From assembly GCA_965649825.1 (NCBI GenBank), contig OZ287699.1, forward strand, positions 1,084,477 to 1,148,476: DNA of 64,000 bases. The letters run 5' to 3'. A program made the translations under genes and the position numbers. The stretch is from Penicillus capitatus (lineage: Eukaryota; Plantae; Chlorophyta). The notes below the pieces were generated by a model. That model ran no database searches. It was not told the DNA's origin and saw only the letters and a program-made list of their open reading frames with translations. Positions 36,464 through 50,699 of the stretch are shown one piece after another (the stretch's first letter is position 1; the number at the start of each line of letters is the position of its first letter).

Positions 36464-37090
36464 ATGTCCTCGGCACTTTTCGGCCAGTGGCGCAGCGGCT
36501 CTCTGTTTGACTGTTCGCGCGATGCAAGCAGCTGCTGCTTGTCGTGCTGGTGTCCGTGCATCAGCTACGCCCGCATCGGGGAGTACCTGCTCGGTCAAGA
36601 CGCGTGCTCGTGTTGCGCCGACTGCGCCATCTACACGGCGACCTGCTGCATTCCGGGCGTTCCCTGTCTGCTCGGAATGACGCGTCGCGAGCACCTGAGA
36701 CGCAAGTTCAGTCTGCCGCCGGTGCCATGCAACGACTGTTGTGTGCATTGCTGCTGCCATGCGTGCGCCATGTGTCAGGAGCACCGCGAAATGAGGTTCT
36801 ACGCGATGTACGGGTGCAAGCAGGAGCACATCGAGAACGATGGAGTGCGCTTTGCCGCCGAGCGACCTCTGCTGGATGTCTCGGACGCAAAGCCCCTCGT
36901 CATTCACCGAGACAGGCAGCTGCTGACGCCCCAGGAAGACACCCACGAGGGGGATCACCTGCCGCCGTTGTTGCCCATGAAGGACGTGTTCTCGGCAGAG
37001 CAGCTCAAAACGCTGCCTGCCTACGTGTACATATACATAGCGGGCGCCATGATCTCGATCTACGGAGGCATCTCGCGCCGCTTCTCTTAG
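36464..37090 (+). CDS. PLAC8 family protein, right-arm copy
   Basis: Mirror of 15869-16495 with V>A, A>T, M>L and M>V differences. Confidence 0.88.
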   Translation: MSSALFGQWRSGSLFDCSRDASSCCLSCWCPCISYARIGEYLLGQDACSCCADCAIYTATCCIPGVPCLLGMTRREHLRRKFSLPPVPCNDCCVHCCCHACAMCQEHREMRFYAMYGCKQEHIENDGVRFAAERPLLDVSDAKPLVIHRDRQLLTPQEDTHEGDHLPPLLPMKDVFSAEQLKTLPAYVYIYIAGAMISIYGGISRRFS

Positions 37091-40000
37091 TTCCCTTCAT
37101 TTCGTTCTGCGGCGCTGAGAGGGTCTCGCCGATGAGGCAGCATTGCGTTTGCCGGGCCTGCGTTTTTCTGTATACTCACCTGACGTATTGGTCGCTGCCG
37201 TCGATGACAAATGACGAACTGCATCTGCGAGCGTGTACGAGTTGAACTGGCGAGCTTGGCGATGGCAGCAGTTTGTCGTCCTGTACCTGACTCTGACGGA
37301 TATATCTCATTCAATGTCGCCCCGACGTACATACGACGGACGATGCACTTCTTCGCCCAGTAGTAGTTTAGCCGTTGTTTTGCGCACGTGATCTGGAGAG
37401 GGGATTCGAGGGAGACACGATAGACGTCAAAAGGAATCATTCCGTTGCCACTCAACTGGGTCGGTGGTTCAGTTGGGATTGTCGATTTCGGTGTCAACAG
37501 TTTTCGAAGAGAAAGTCAGACATGAAGACGTTGTTTTTCGCTCAAGTATCGAGGGGGCTGGACAACGTTCAAGGTTGGATCAATCAATCCGTTCGTCGAT
37601 CATGAACCCTATAACCTCGTGTCCTGTCGGGAAAACGGTTGTGGTTGATAGAAGACAGACCTGTCCCCAGTGTTTGTCGACTGCGATGGACGGCGCAGCA
37701 CGAAGAGTCGTTCTTTGCCGATTGCGGAAGCAAAAAGGGATTTTGACTGTTTCTGAACACGAAGTTGAATCTTGTCTTCGATGGATCGCGCGATCGACAG
37801 GATCGCCTGTCGCGGCAACCGCTTCGCGGCAATCGACGTCGATGTTGTTCAATCCGAGAAACCGTGGCACTCTGGCGCCGTTTCGGTGGCGCCGCCAACA
37901 GCACGACAAGATGCGGAAAAGAACAGACTCTGTTCGATGCAGATCGCCATCGCTGCTCGTATTCGGCATCGTCCATCGATGCTTTGCGGACGCCGGAGAG
38001 CCAGGACTCGGCGACAGGTGGCGCGATGGACGGTTGTGTTCTAGACCCATTCAGACAAAACGACATCGCCTGTCTGTGAACAGCCAAGAGCTCGCTTCCA
38101 TATAACATTTGAATTCGAAAACCCCGCTAAAGAATGCGTCTTTACTCGATTCTCTTCTCCTGAATTCCCTCTTCTCTACGCGCCCACTGCTTTCTGCTGC
38201 TGTGTTCTTTCAAATTCGAGCTACGCTTCAGCGACACGTTCAGTCATTCGCGCCTTGTTCTTTGCTATCATCGGCAGCATTGAGTGTCTCTTTATCGACT
38301 TTTTACTACCCGTTCGTCAGACAAAGCCTTGTTTCAGTCACAAGTAATCCCAAACTCCCAAACAACTGTGCTATAGTCTCCGACAGTGGAGAAGAACGTG
38401 TTAGAAAATCCATTTGCCTGTTGTATTTTCGACATGCATGGGTAGATTAGATCGTCAGGAAGATTAATTCTTATAACTTGCTCCAAATAGTTTTACACAC
38501 AGGCAGTTGTTGATTGACTGACAGGCTTAAGCAAGACGCGACTGCATCTTTGTTTTCAGAGAAGGGTCGGTAGAGGGATTTGAATGGTCAGGTCGTGCAA
38601 CAACCCACTTGGTAAAAACCATGGTTACAACAAATTGTCAAGGGCTGAGTTGGCTCCATAAAGAAAGACATCAGAAACAACAACAACAACAAGTCGGATT
38701 CGGGAGAGTTAGATTAAACGGGTTCGTCAGTGTGTATCGTTGGGAAGAGTTGTCTTAAAGATCAACCGCAACAACAACAACAGAAATGTTAAAGAACCAT
38801 AATAGCCGCGGAGCAATTCTTGAACAGCTAAACGTCAAAATACGTCGGACTGAGTAAGAAAACTGCCGAGTGCAAAAGAGGACATCTGAGGTGAAAATCC
38901 TTATACCTCTCTGCAGCGCCTGCGAATACCACCGTTCATTAAATGTTCCCAAATCAAAAATGTGTATGAATAAACATGCGTCCTGTCTCCCTGCCTGATT
39001 GTGCACACTCCAGTTTTGGTACAGGATGAGTGGCAAGACTGGAGCAGTAGATGGCATCAGAGAAACCGCAAAGACATCATGTGGAGTATTTTTCAGTCAT
39101 GACGCATCAGCAGCAGTTTGGCGATCGTCCGTTGCTATTCAATCCTCATCATCAGACTCGTCGCCGAACCGTAACAGCAAGACTAAGTAGCCAAAGGGTC
39201 ATGGAATGGATAGACACCGTCCAACCACCCCAGAGAGCGCACGCCAGAAATCATTGATTGCTCTTGTGGTGTGCGTGTGCTTCCAGAGTGTTCTTAGCCT
39301 TCAGCATAATGATCAGCCAGAGTAGTATCGACATGCAGAACAGAAAAATGAATGCGGTGCGAGTTGTTATTTCTTGACAAAAAGATCCGTCCTAAATAAT
39401 AAGGCCTGTTTCAGGCGCCCTGCTTCACAATCTCGCCCCGATCAGCAGTTGCTCCATGCGGTTGGGTGGGCATCTATGGCACTTCCACTGTTTGCTTGGT
39501 CATTGTCTGTGATAACAGCCAAGGCTGAAGGCAAGCGGCAGAGTGAGTGCATCCACAAGGCAGAAAGCGATGAATCAAACAATACAGAAAAATGGGATTG
39601 CCTGAAGCTGGGCTGCAAATAATGCGCTGATTGATAAGCAGAAAGAGGGTGTCGAACGCGATTGGAAAGTCACATAATATGTTCTTCTTCTTCTTCGCCA
39701 AACATCGGGACACAAGAATCCAGTTTTAACAGTAAAGGAGGACGTCTGTCTACCTTCTGCTTTCTAGCACCATCGTTAAAGCAGTGGAGACAATGGATGT
39801 ATCTTTATTCAGAATAAAAACTGTTGGGGCACACCACACATCCGCAGGCAAGCAAATGTATGTCCTTGCTCGAATGATATCCCCGGTACGGCCCATCTGC
39901 ACAAACTGAAAGAAAAGAGAAAGAGTGGAAAACCACAAATCGGCTGTAATGAATCGGACATTGCTGCAGGAGAAACGAGATATCGTCAGATCTTTCTGAG

Positions 40001-40461
40001 GACCTTGATCCACTAAATCTAACACTTTCTGTTGCACTTCCTTTCCGTGATGCACGTTGTCCATAACATACGTCAATGCGTTAAGGCCAGTTAGAAACGA
40101 CAAGAACATTAAAGCCAGGCAAAAATCCAACCACGTACGAAAACGACCGAGACAACAACAACAAACATCCACAAACAAACAACAAACAACATCAACAACA
40201 GAATAAAGAATTACGCTGGCCGCACTTCACATCCTTTTGGCCATTGTACTATTTGTACTCTAATGGGCAATCAGAGAGCATGGTCACAGGAGACAGTTTC
40301 ATGTTTTGTTGTATGCGACTCCGTGACACAAAAGAACCAGGAAACAACGAGCTCTCAAAAAGCTGCTTCTTATCATAAAGCAAACGAACTAGATAAAAAT
40401 GCCTCGCGTGAAACGGATGTATCCGGAGGACGGAAAAAAAGAACCAGTCTGATGGATGCAG

Positions 40462-42400
40462 TTATGGCTGAAAGGACTCGCAGTTCGACACGGTGGTATT
40501 GGCAGTAACGAAACACTCTGTTCCTTGGTTGACAGGAATGAAATCATCTGAAATGGTGGCGGCAACAGATGTCCCACCAAAGGGCTCCAGTGGAGTGGAT
40601 CTGGGCCAGGAATCCAATGGAGCACCTTCTCTAGAGAAACAACCAAAACTGTCTGCAGCGGAACTATCAGTTGAAGATCGCGTCTGGTTTCCAGAGAAGA
40701 GGTAGTCTGCTGCCGGATCGATTGTGCCCATTCCACCGAGCAACCCTTGTTGTTGTTGCTGTTGCAAAGGCCTACAAACAGATATACGTTATTCAATTGG
40801 TATCTCTGCTGTCGATCTCTCTTACCCTATGTTCATATAGTTCATGGATTGCTGCTGCAAGAAGGATGAGGCATTGGATGCCACACCATCATAAGAGACC
40901 CTTGCCGGAATTCTGCCGGAGCCACTTGACAAAGTGCTATCCAGTGAAGATCTCAACACCGCCCCTGGTCCCATGCCTTGCAGATTCTGCAGCTGTTGAA
41001 GTAAAATGGGATTTGACATGGACGACGATAGGTTTGAGTATGCCATCGGCATATTTGGCGAGTTAAGCGGAACATTAGGCTGCTGCTGGTTCATAGACAT
41101 GTTTCCTGCAGGATTCAGATTACGTTGCTGAAGATACCATTTCAGCATATCATTCAACTGATCAGGATGGCCATTGCTCACGGACAGGGGAGATGGAGCA
41201 TAAGGGCCTTGCTGCACGCAGGGTTGTTGCGGAACATCTCCAAGAGATAAATGATTCAACGCCGCGGCTAAATCAAAAGAATCTGTCTTCATCTGCAATT
41301 CCTGTTGCATTGTTTGTTGCTGTTGTTGCAACAACGCCATGAGCGACAATAACTGCACGTCACATCACCACGCACACATCAAGCATGCACCCGATGAGTG
41401 GCACCACGTACTTGATGGTTATGTTGAAGCCCAAGAGGTGGCGTGGACTGCGAAGCGGACGATGGATGCAGCCCCATTCGGCTTGTACTAGAATCCAATG
41501 AAGGTCTGGGTGGAAGATCAACAGATGGCGGCTGTTTTCGAGCAACATCAAATGAAGCCCTATTCTTCATCCTCGCTGTTTCGTTTTCCGGATGTTTTGT
41601 CTCGTAGCTTAAACGTGGTGAGGGACTGGATTTTGCCTCAGAAGAAGTTGTTGTTACTCTTCTTGGTCCTTCATATCTCACGCACAGCTCATTTCTCCCT
41701 CTTTGAGGCAATGCTGACCTTGTTTCGCATTAATGGTCGTGTCTTTCGAGACGGGCGTTGGTTCTCGCAACTCCTGCACTGAATGAGCAAAGAAACAAAT
41801 CTTCCGACGACATGTTGCAGGCTCGTTGCACATTTGTGTGCGATATCTAACACCATCATCACCGTATTGGTGTAGACCACCCCCACCCTCTCGGTGGAGC
41901 ACTTACCTTAATGGATGGAGCCAGCATTCAAAGACATTGTGTGCAAAGGGACACATATCACCACGAGGGCACTTGCTCGACTAGACAAGCACAGGAGAGG
42001 ATGACCACTGCAGCATCGGTGGAGATTTCTTCGGACGGTTACTTACTTCCCCTTTCACATGAGGGCATTCAATTCCAACGTATGAGTAAAGCCGTGGATT
42101 TCTCCGTGTAGCTTTCTCTCCAGGATGTGCAAATGGACATTCTGTCCAATCGTGGGTATAGTGTCGAGAGCAAGGCATAACCTATGCAGGCGACAAGGCA
42201 TTGGCAGGACGCTCGACAGGACTAGATAGATGTCCTGCTTGTCGCCGTTTGTGGCAGAAACCGGTATCGCGTTATCCATACGCGCAGAAATGCGTATTAC
42301 TGTATGCACTGTTTACTTTGAAGCAGTACATTCGGAAGTCATCGGAGGTGTAGAGCGGGTCCGTTTTGAGGGAACCCTTGTCCTTTCTGCTTCGTGGCAT
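40462..42400 (-). CDS. Plant-type arginine-rich tandem CCCH zinc-finger (RR-TZF) protein with a Gln-rich tail
   Basis: SDDFRMYCFK / VMPCSRHYTHDWTECPFAHPGEKATRRNPR..Y....CP / CP.GD.C.FAH.VFE.WLHP / YRTQMCNEPATCRRKICFFAHS. The 3' end is approximate. Confidence 0.88.
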
Positions 42401-42625
42401 GGAGAAAAGGCAACGAAAGCGTAACGTTTGTGCTGACGCAGACCCACGGTAGACTCAAAGAAGCTAAATACAAGTCGGCGGCTATAAAGAAGTCCTTCGC
42501 AGACGGCTTGGTTGCGTCAAGGAAGAACCAGGTAAGAAGAATCGACGAAACGCGTTGAGACAAAAAACAGAGCTTTCGAAATGTATGCGTTGACGGGACA
42601 CAGAAGACGAAAGCTGACCGAAGAA

Positions 42626-42679
42626 CACACGCACGTACACACGCACACGCACGTACACACGCACACGCACGTACACACG
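42626..42679. repeat. 18-bp tandem repeat x3
   Basis: CACACGCACGTACACACG three times, between the AlaRS stop and the TZF start. Confidence 0.85.
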
Positions 42680-42728
42680 CGCGCACGAATAAGGGTCCAA
42701 TTCGACACGCGGAAATTGTCGTACGATA

Positions 42729-45700
42729 TCATAGATGTTCAAGACAGTAGTCCGCGGACGTCTGCATGGCTGTCTCGATTGAGTCGATTTGATTCCCCTG
42801 TCCTTGAGCCACTGTAGCTTTGCCTCCTCCTTTACCTGATGACCATCCAAGATTCAGAATCTTGTGGAATGGAGATGTTGGAAGCGACCTCCTATAGTGG
42901 CGAGAGTGGCTTTGATCCAGTCTCCTGCTTTCAGCTTTGGTGTCCGCGATTCCGGAACGCTCTGTGATGTCATGTCATGATGTCATGCGAGAGGATATGA
43001 GCTACCGCTACGGCCAGCGTCTTGTTTTTGGCCTGGTCGACGCTGAAGAGCATGATGCAGAGATCGGTGTGCGTTTTCTGTGCTTCGCCGATGGCGTCCA
43101 AAAGCAGCTTGGCCTCTAAGCCTACATCCACCCGATACACCAGATGACTGTGCCCCTCATCGATTGCCTGGAAACAACGATATACTAAATCAAATGTAAG
43201 GCATGGGACCTTCTGAGCAGCAGATGCGACGGCAGCAGTGGCATGTTTCTTGTTGTCGGCTGCTTGTTGTTTCTGTTGCTCGAAAAGCGCTTTGCTCAAA
43301 GCGGCAATCTTTGTTTTCAGCTCGTTCTTGAGGCAAACCGAAATCACAGATCCTGACCGCGACAACACATTATGCCTAGCTAAATGAATTGCCACGACAG
43401 GCGATACTTACCGTCCACTTCTTGTTTGAAACGATTGAGCGCATCCTGTTGATCGGAGTCCTGTTGCTCAATGGCAGTAAATGTTTCAACGAGGCGTCCT
43501 CCTGTCGCCTGTGCATCTCTAGCTTCTTTGCCTGTTTCATTGGAGCGTCATGCTCGAATACAGAACAACGCCTGTTGGTAGATACCTGTCACAGCAACGA
43601 TTCTTCGGACACCCTTGGCAATGCCTTCTTCTGTCAGCAGCACAAAGGCCTCTGCATCTTTGGTGTTCTGTAGATGCGTCCCTCCACAGAACTCAATGGA
43701 ATAGCTAAGGAAGCACAGATCGACTCTGCCAATCATTGTTGAGGCATCGCCAGGGACCTTAGGTTCTCGTCCGAGTCTGGAGATGCCAACAAATCTGTCA
43801 CCGGCTTGCCCACGGAGATCACGCGAACGGGATCTGGATAGCTCTGCAGATAACAATGCAGATAAGCATACGACACGCCAGGACAACCTCTCCAAAGACA
43901 GCTCTGAGGCCTTTGATTTGCTGTGCGTCTTGAAGAGGGACTTCCATCGCATAAACAGGAACGGCATCTTGTAACTGTTTGTTACAGGCATCTTCGATCT
44001 CTTGCAGCGCTTCTGCCTTCACGGCACCATTGTTGCTGAAATCGAATCGTAGTCTCTCTGGATACACAACAGACCCCTGCCGAGAAATATAAAATCCGTC
44101 GGTTGTTTATTGGATCTAGCAAGAGTAGTCACTTTCTGATGGACGTGTTCACCGAGAGTGTTTCTGAGAACGTAGTTCAAAACGTGGGTGAAAGTGTGAT
44201 TGGGAAGAATTTTCTTCCGACGGGCGTAATCCACACACGTAGTCACATCATCGTCAACTCTAGAAACGCAGCAGAGATGCGAAATATGTGACGCGACAGG
44301 AAGAATTGCCTCAGTGCCTCTGTTCCAAGAGATAACGCATTGCAAATGTGCAGAACATAACCGGCAGCAACTTTGCAGTCGACAATCTCCGCACGGCCGC
44401 TTTCCCACTGCAAACTACCAGAGTCGCCAACCTGACACAGTTCATCTCGTCCGTCTTTCTCCCCGATCATGAGGGATCTGATCACCTGGCCTCCGGCTTC
44501 TGAATAGAAACTCGTGGACTTGAGAACGAATCCGACTGGCAATCCTGCATCTCCATGAATGGATTCCACAAATCCCTCGGCGGTGAGTATGGCAACAAGC
44601 TTTGATGTCACATCTTCTTCTTTGTACTTGAATCCATCGTCCGTTTTCTATCAGAGGGCGAACTTCGCTCAGGGACATCTCGAGATGACATGAGCTCACC
44701 GCAATGGAGTGGTCTTGTAGCCATCCGGTGGCTTCGGCTTCGAATTTAAGCTCGCCGTCGCTCAACTTCTTTCCAGCTTCCCGTGAGCGTACGCGTTGTT
44801 TTTCCAGACATGCAGCAAATCTCTCCATATCAACCTTCAGTCCACGCTCTTCGCACATGAGCTGTGTCAGATCCACGGGGAATCCAAAAGTGTCCCACAA
44901 CTCAAATGCGACTGCCCTGTTTGCAAGCTGTTTTGAAAAGAGAGATCATGACGAGGGCATTCGAACCCGTCCAGAATGGAACTCTTTGCCGCAGCTGCGG
45001 CTTTCTTGAACCGATCGATGCCCTTCTCGAGCGTTCGTGAAAAGCTCTTCTCTTCAACCTGAATCGTCTCGAAAATCGTTTGTCTAGAAGCGACCAGTTC
45101 AGGATAGAAATTGCCGAAGTTCTCGATGACGCAGTCAACGAGTTGCGAGAAGAATCCCTGTTGAGCACCCAACACCTCTTTCCCAAATCGTACCTACACA
45201 AACAAGGAGGCTGTCTGAGGATGCTCGGCCACAGCGAAGGCAGACAGCTCGTCTCAAGATTCTGCGGAGAACATAATCTCTGCCCTCCTTGCCAGGCTGT
45301 GCTCCGTCCGCGATGGAAAAGCACAACGTGCGAATGTGATCGGCCACGACTCTGAAAACCAGTCATCAACGCTGTCAGTGAGATTTGGTATTGATCCAAA
45401 TTCACAGGGCAAACCTGTATGCCATGTCGACTCCGTCTTTATCATCGGCTCCATTCAGATCCGTATATGGCCGCGCGCCAGTAACCTCTTTGATCTTGCC
45501 AAAGATAGGCTCTGCAGAACGGAGTTGCATGTTGGACGGCAGTGCAAAATGACAAGACCCCACGGAAAACGTCTGTTGCATAGTTTGACATGGTGCCCTG
45601 GAGAACGGATGTGACACGTTCTAAGCCCATTCCTGTATCAACATGCTTCGCTGGCAATAGCTTCAGACTCCCATCCTCTTCTCTGACAGGAATCTTCAGC

Positions 45701-46490
45701 GCCCGCTGAAAAGAAACGAGCGTCTTACCTGTTGAATTGGATAAAGACCAAATTCCAGATCTCCAGCACATTGGGATCGTCTTGATTGACCAATGCAGCT
45801 GCATCCCGTCCACCGATTCGATCGTAGTGAATCTCTGTGCAGGGACCACACGGCCCAGTCTCACCCATTTCCCAAAAATTATCCTTCGTCCCAAAGGGCA
45901 AAACTCTCTCCGGTGGAAGCAGCTTCAGCCTACGCAAATCCATTCTAGTAACCCAGAAGCCGAACACGGGTTTTACCAGATGCTCTTGGCTTCTTCATCT
46001 GGATCAAGGCTCATCTCGCTGTTGCCGCCAAAGTACGTGGCATAGAGACGTTCTTTGGCTAACTTATAGACATCGATCAGAAGCTCAAATGCCCATGCAA
46101 TTGCCTCTTCCTTAAAATAATCTCCAAAAGACCAGTTCCCCATCATTTCGAAGAAAGTGTGATGGTAGTTGTCTCTTCCCACATCATCCAGGTCATTGTG
46201 CTTGCCTCCCGCACGAATGCACTAAGTACAGAGTGTCTATGTCGATAAGGTTGTCGCACGCGCTGCACTTTCTGAGCATTGCAGGCGCGTTTTAGTTTTC
46301 CGAGTGGGCTGTTAGGGTCTGCCGTGCCGAGAAAGATCGGTTTGAATTGATTCATTCCCGCATTGGCAAAGAGGAGAGTGGGATCGTTGAGCGGGACGAC
46401 GGGACTCGATGGAACAAACTCATGTCCTTTGGACTCAAAGAACTGAACATAGGTATCGCGCACGCGTTGAACAGACCACTCCGTTGACAT
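42729..46490 (-). CDS. AlaRS: Alanyl-tRNA synthetase, eukaryotic cytosolic type, many short introns
   Basis: [103 protein letters not shown]-terminal [15 protein letters not shown]. Confidence 0.97.
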
Positions 46491-46546
46491 CGCAAAATCA
46501 ACTAAAGGACAAACAGTGAACAAGACTCTCTTCAACGTTTATCATT

Positions 46547-48785
46547 TCAATCATCATTCAAAATCAGTTCATCTCGGACGTCTGCTGCATGACAGTTTCT
46601 GCCTGGTGCTTTAGCTGGGATAACTTTTCGGCGACGATGGGATTGTAGAGTCTCAGCAGTTTGTTGGACTGGATAGCGATGCGGACACGTGTTTCCATCA
46701 CTTGCTCTCGCATCAGCTGTGCTTCCAACATGATCTAAACACACGTACTGTTTATTCAGTGCATGAAAATATGGGATGATTACGAGCTCCAGTTGACGTG
46801 TCACTGCTCCGAAATCTTCGACCTCGACGAGCTTCGTGGTTGCGTTCGTCTCGCTTCCCTCTATGACTGGAGAAGGCATGGATAACTCCGGTGATTTCTC
46901 CTGTACTTCTGTCGGTATGGCTGGATCGTTGTCTGCATTCACCGGCAGAGTCTCTCCAAGACAACCACCGTCTTTGATAGCAGAGAGCATAGTGTTCACG
47001 GGCAGCGACTGCTTCTGTATTGTCGACTCTGTCTCTTTGCCAACTGAAAGTCTTGCAACGCTTGTTTTCTCAAGAATGGCCGAGAAAAGGAGGTGTGGTT
47101 TCTTGCGGCCGTTTGAAGGAGAGGAAAGATTTGGTCGAACAGGGACAAATGCACGCTTGGTTCCTCGAGTGACAGGCTTCGGCCTTGGAGTAACCGATCT
47201 GGAATCCATGCCATCTTCTCTTAGAGAATTCTCTGATCACGAATGCAAAAATCGAGAAAGTGCGGACGGTGCTTCTATGGCTACCGCGGCTTTTTTTCTC
47301 GTCGTGTTTAGCAGAGGCACTTCGCCCAGAGCGTTTTGGTTGATGTCTTTTCTGGATGAGCGTAATGCGTTGCTTTGCCGGATCTCTTCTTCGAGTCAAT
47401 GCAGCGGTCTGCTCTCTGTGTAAACTCCGTCTTGTCCCGATAGGGTTTTCCTCTCTCCTTCATCGCAATCGCGGTACGATGGCATACGTGAGATGCACCA
47501 AAAAGTACCAGTGCGTTTGTGGAGTTGTGTCTGAAGCGTTTTCTGTGACGCCCGCTTCCCTGGGCGATGTCCTGGCTATCCCATCTCCAAAATCTTCTAC
47601 TTCTGATGGCCAGAAGATTAAAAAACTCATCGATGGTTAGTAATATACTACACCTGATTGTTTCATCGGCGAAGCGATTGATAGCGTCTCTTCAGCAATT
47701 GTATCCTTCAGGAAGAGGTGGTCATCATTGCTTTTGGCATCTCTGTGTTGTTCTTCCTCCATCGCTGTCTTTTGTTGTGGAAGATCTTCCGTCGATGTTC
47801 CTTTCTGTCGTTCTGGTTCGGAGTTTGCTGTTCTGATCAGCGGCTGGCACGTGAACCAAATGAATGTCACATCCAGAGGGACCCAGTCATCTCACTTTGT
47901 CTGTCGTTTGGGAAGGCTCGATGAAGTCATTGCTGATTTCCTTTGATGTAAATTCGTTGGTTCTGTACTCACGGACATCTGCATCGTTCATCTCGTTGCT
48001 TTCCTTTTGAATCTGTACGTCATCTGGCAATTGGGCGTTGTCAACTTCATTCCCTCTATTGCTCAAAACATCCCCTTTGTGTGAACGGCTCGAACTATTT
48101 TCTATCTACAGGAACAGTGTTTGAGCTCTCTTCAGATCAGAGAGCTTAACAAGAACACCACTTCATCAAGAGCATTCTCGAGATCATTGCGCTCGGAAAT
48201 GTCCGACTGCGAGTCAACCACATCGCGTTTGTGATTTTCGCTTTCTTTTGGTTTCTGATGACTGAGATCCTTTTCTTCGCCTCCTCTTTCGTGTTGAAAG
48301 GATACACTGGCCGATTCTTTGTGTTGTTCAGATGATTGAGCGTGATCTTCGATTTTCTTTCTATGGGAGGCGATCTCCGCAGTGTCCGAGGTTTCCCACT
48401 GCTCGAAAGAATGCAAGGAGCTTGGATCGTCTGCATTGAGGTACAGAGCTCTCGGATTCTCTTCTCACTCTTTTGTTCTCACACTACCTTTGGGATTTGA
48501 AGTGGGCAGCTCGTTTTGGAGGGAGGGTTGACATGGAGGGGTATCCAGATCATCTAATCGAAACTCTTTGAAAAAATCGTCCTCTTCGTCGCCATCCCCT
48601 TCCGTTATTCCAAACATTCCACCCGACGCAAAAAAACTACGAACGATCGAGATCGGTACGAAGACGTAACGATCTCCACTTCTCGTCGAGCGCTGAGGGC
48701 GCCACAGTTTCACCCTGCTTCGCATTTCCGATGTCTTTCTGTGTCGCCTGGACGTGCTGTAGGAAGTCGATGTGATCCTTGTCAT
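46547..48785 (-). CDS. Large low-complexity (Ser/Glu/Lys-rich) protein of unknown function, spliced
   Basis: Series of long minus-strand open frames between ATG 48785 and the stop at 46547. No family motif recognised. Confidence 0.55.
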
Positions 48786-50699
48786 CTATGTGGCAATCAG
48801 GAGAAGGTCTGTCTTATAAGGGACGCTACCTCCTAGACTGTCGAGAAAACTCATCGACGTGTCAGCTCTGGATAGTCCTCAATGTGTGTGATCGTTATGT
48901 ACCATCACCACCATCAGTTATGCGTATAATCACAGTCTGTGACACTAGCCAAACATAATGCGTTTATTGAGTTAGAGTGTGTTATCCTAATTACGCTATG
49001 CCACAGGACTCGGTACCTAGCCCGCTTCTCTTCCTCAATTACTATGGATACAACGCCAATGACCTATCAACTAACATAAGAATTCTCCTGCTCCGCCGAC
49101 AGCATTCTAATTTGCATGTCAATTGCTAACTGAAAACTTCCTACAGCTAGATTTTACAAAACCCTCTTGGCGACTTGCGTTACCGGTCAAATACACACTA
49201 GCACAGTTTTCTTTGTTTGGAAAAAATCCAGGCTACTTTAGCCGGTCGCACAATTTATTTACACGTGTCTGGAATTGGGAATCACGCCAATAAGATCTAT
49301 GGAGTCATTTAAACATATATGTGCTGCATGCCATGCGATTAACACTTTGACAATCACCGTCGCTCTCCTCAAACACAAAGTTGGACTCTCTTGATACACC
49401 TAAAGCAAACAGCAAAACCATATCTCCCTACCAATTCTTTTGATCAGCTGATTTGTCCAAGGTCCAAACAACGTTGGAAATATTCTAAGAAACCTTTGAG
49501 TTGATGCAACGACAATTTGGATATCTTCCATGACATGATTTCAGCGTTTCACGCTTCCGTTGTTCCATTTTATTAATGACGGGAATCTTCAGAGACATAC
49601 TTGCCGCGGTGCACAGATGCGCAGCGCCGAACAGAGAGAACAAACATGAGTTAACGCGAAGACTACAGGGCGGTGCATGCACCGTCATTTATACCCTTGG
49701 TCGCCCGCGGAAGGACGTCACCTCGCGAAGCTGCGACGTGTGCAGTCCGCGGGCCGGAAACCATTCGTGTCCAACCGTCAACTGATTTCTTACCCTTATT
49801 TTAATGTCAATGATCACAATCTTCGATCTGATAATCTATAATTTTAACTCTGGTCATATGGCAAACTTCCCGAGCAATTGTCGCAATAAAAAAGCCGGAT
49901 AGTATGTTTACCTCTTCTAACATCTTGTTATTTGCTCCTACTAACTCCATTTTCATGGGTAGATATCGCTTCCAAGGATTCATAATGAGTCCCTTTATAT
50001 GCAATTCGCCCCTACTTGTACACTGGTTAGTCTAGATGGTGTACCGATGTAAACCAATGGCTTGTCTAACGTTGTGTCAAGCTATACTTCAAGTCAGCAA
50101 TTCGGTTCTCTACTTGAAAGTATTCCACTGGACCAATACACTATACCCTTACCTTTGCAAATAACTCTGCGCGGTATGTCAAATTGCCTGGAATATCCTC
50201 TAACTCTCTTCGTTCAAGTATAATTAATATGATACCTGTATGTCTAAGTCGGTTTTTGAGAGATCTAGTCCAATCAGATTCCTTCAATACCACAAAAACT
50301 CGTGCGTGATAGATGGTCTAACCTCTTTCAAATGCAACAAACAACATATCCTAGAGCTTGCCGCTGACGTCATGTTATACAACAACAGCTTCTTGCCGAT
50401 ATGCTCCAGCTGCAAGTAAAACGTTATGTCCCAAAGGAAAAAGACCTACTCTTCGAAGCAGTTAAAAGGTCGATAACAAAGCACAAACGAATCTTGTCGT
50501 TCTCGTTGTACACTTGTTCCGTCCACTTTACCATTCCTTGCAAAAACACCACGTACGAACTTTGGCAAGTTGACTGTTTTCTTAGTAACAATTCGGTAAA
50601 TGACTCTTTGAATAACTGAGTTCTAATGAGTATCATCGACGTGTAAAGTCGTGATCGTCCTCCTGATGGAGCAGCAGCCAAATCGGTATCCGAGCTAAC

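Larger units (their letters stand above)
33326..38040 (-). repeat. Right arm of the 4.7-kb inverted segmental duplication
   Basis: Reverse complement of 14915-19633. In the core, left and right coordinates sum to 52959. Confidence 0.97.

Noticed and set aside
14915-38040. Inverted repeat as the terminal inverted repeats of a giant DNA transposon (Polinton/Mutator-like)
   Set aside because: The arms contain spliced host genes, no TSD is visible at the outer ends, and no transposase, integrase or polymerase is recognisable in the spacer.
39750-40178. 142-aa ORF downstream of the TZF gene
   Set aside because: It begins in GT/CA-rich simple sequence typical of a 3' UTR and has no motif or splice support.
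46491-46538. Non-AUG (ACG/TTG) N-terminal extension of AlaRS for mitochondrial targeting
   Set aside because: Only 15-16 codons lie before in-frame stops, which is too short and not presequence-like.
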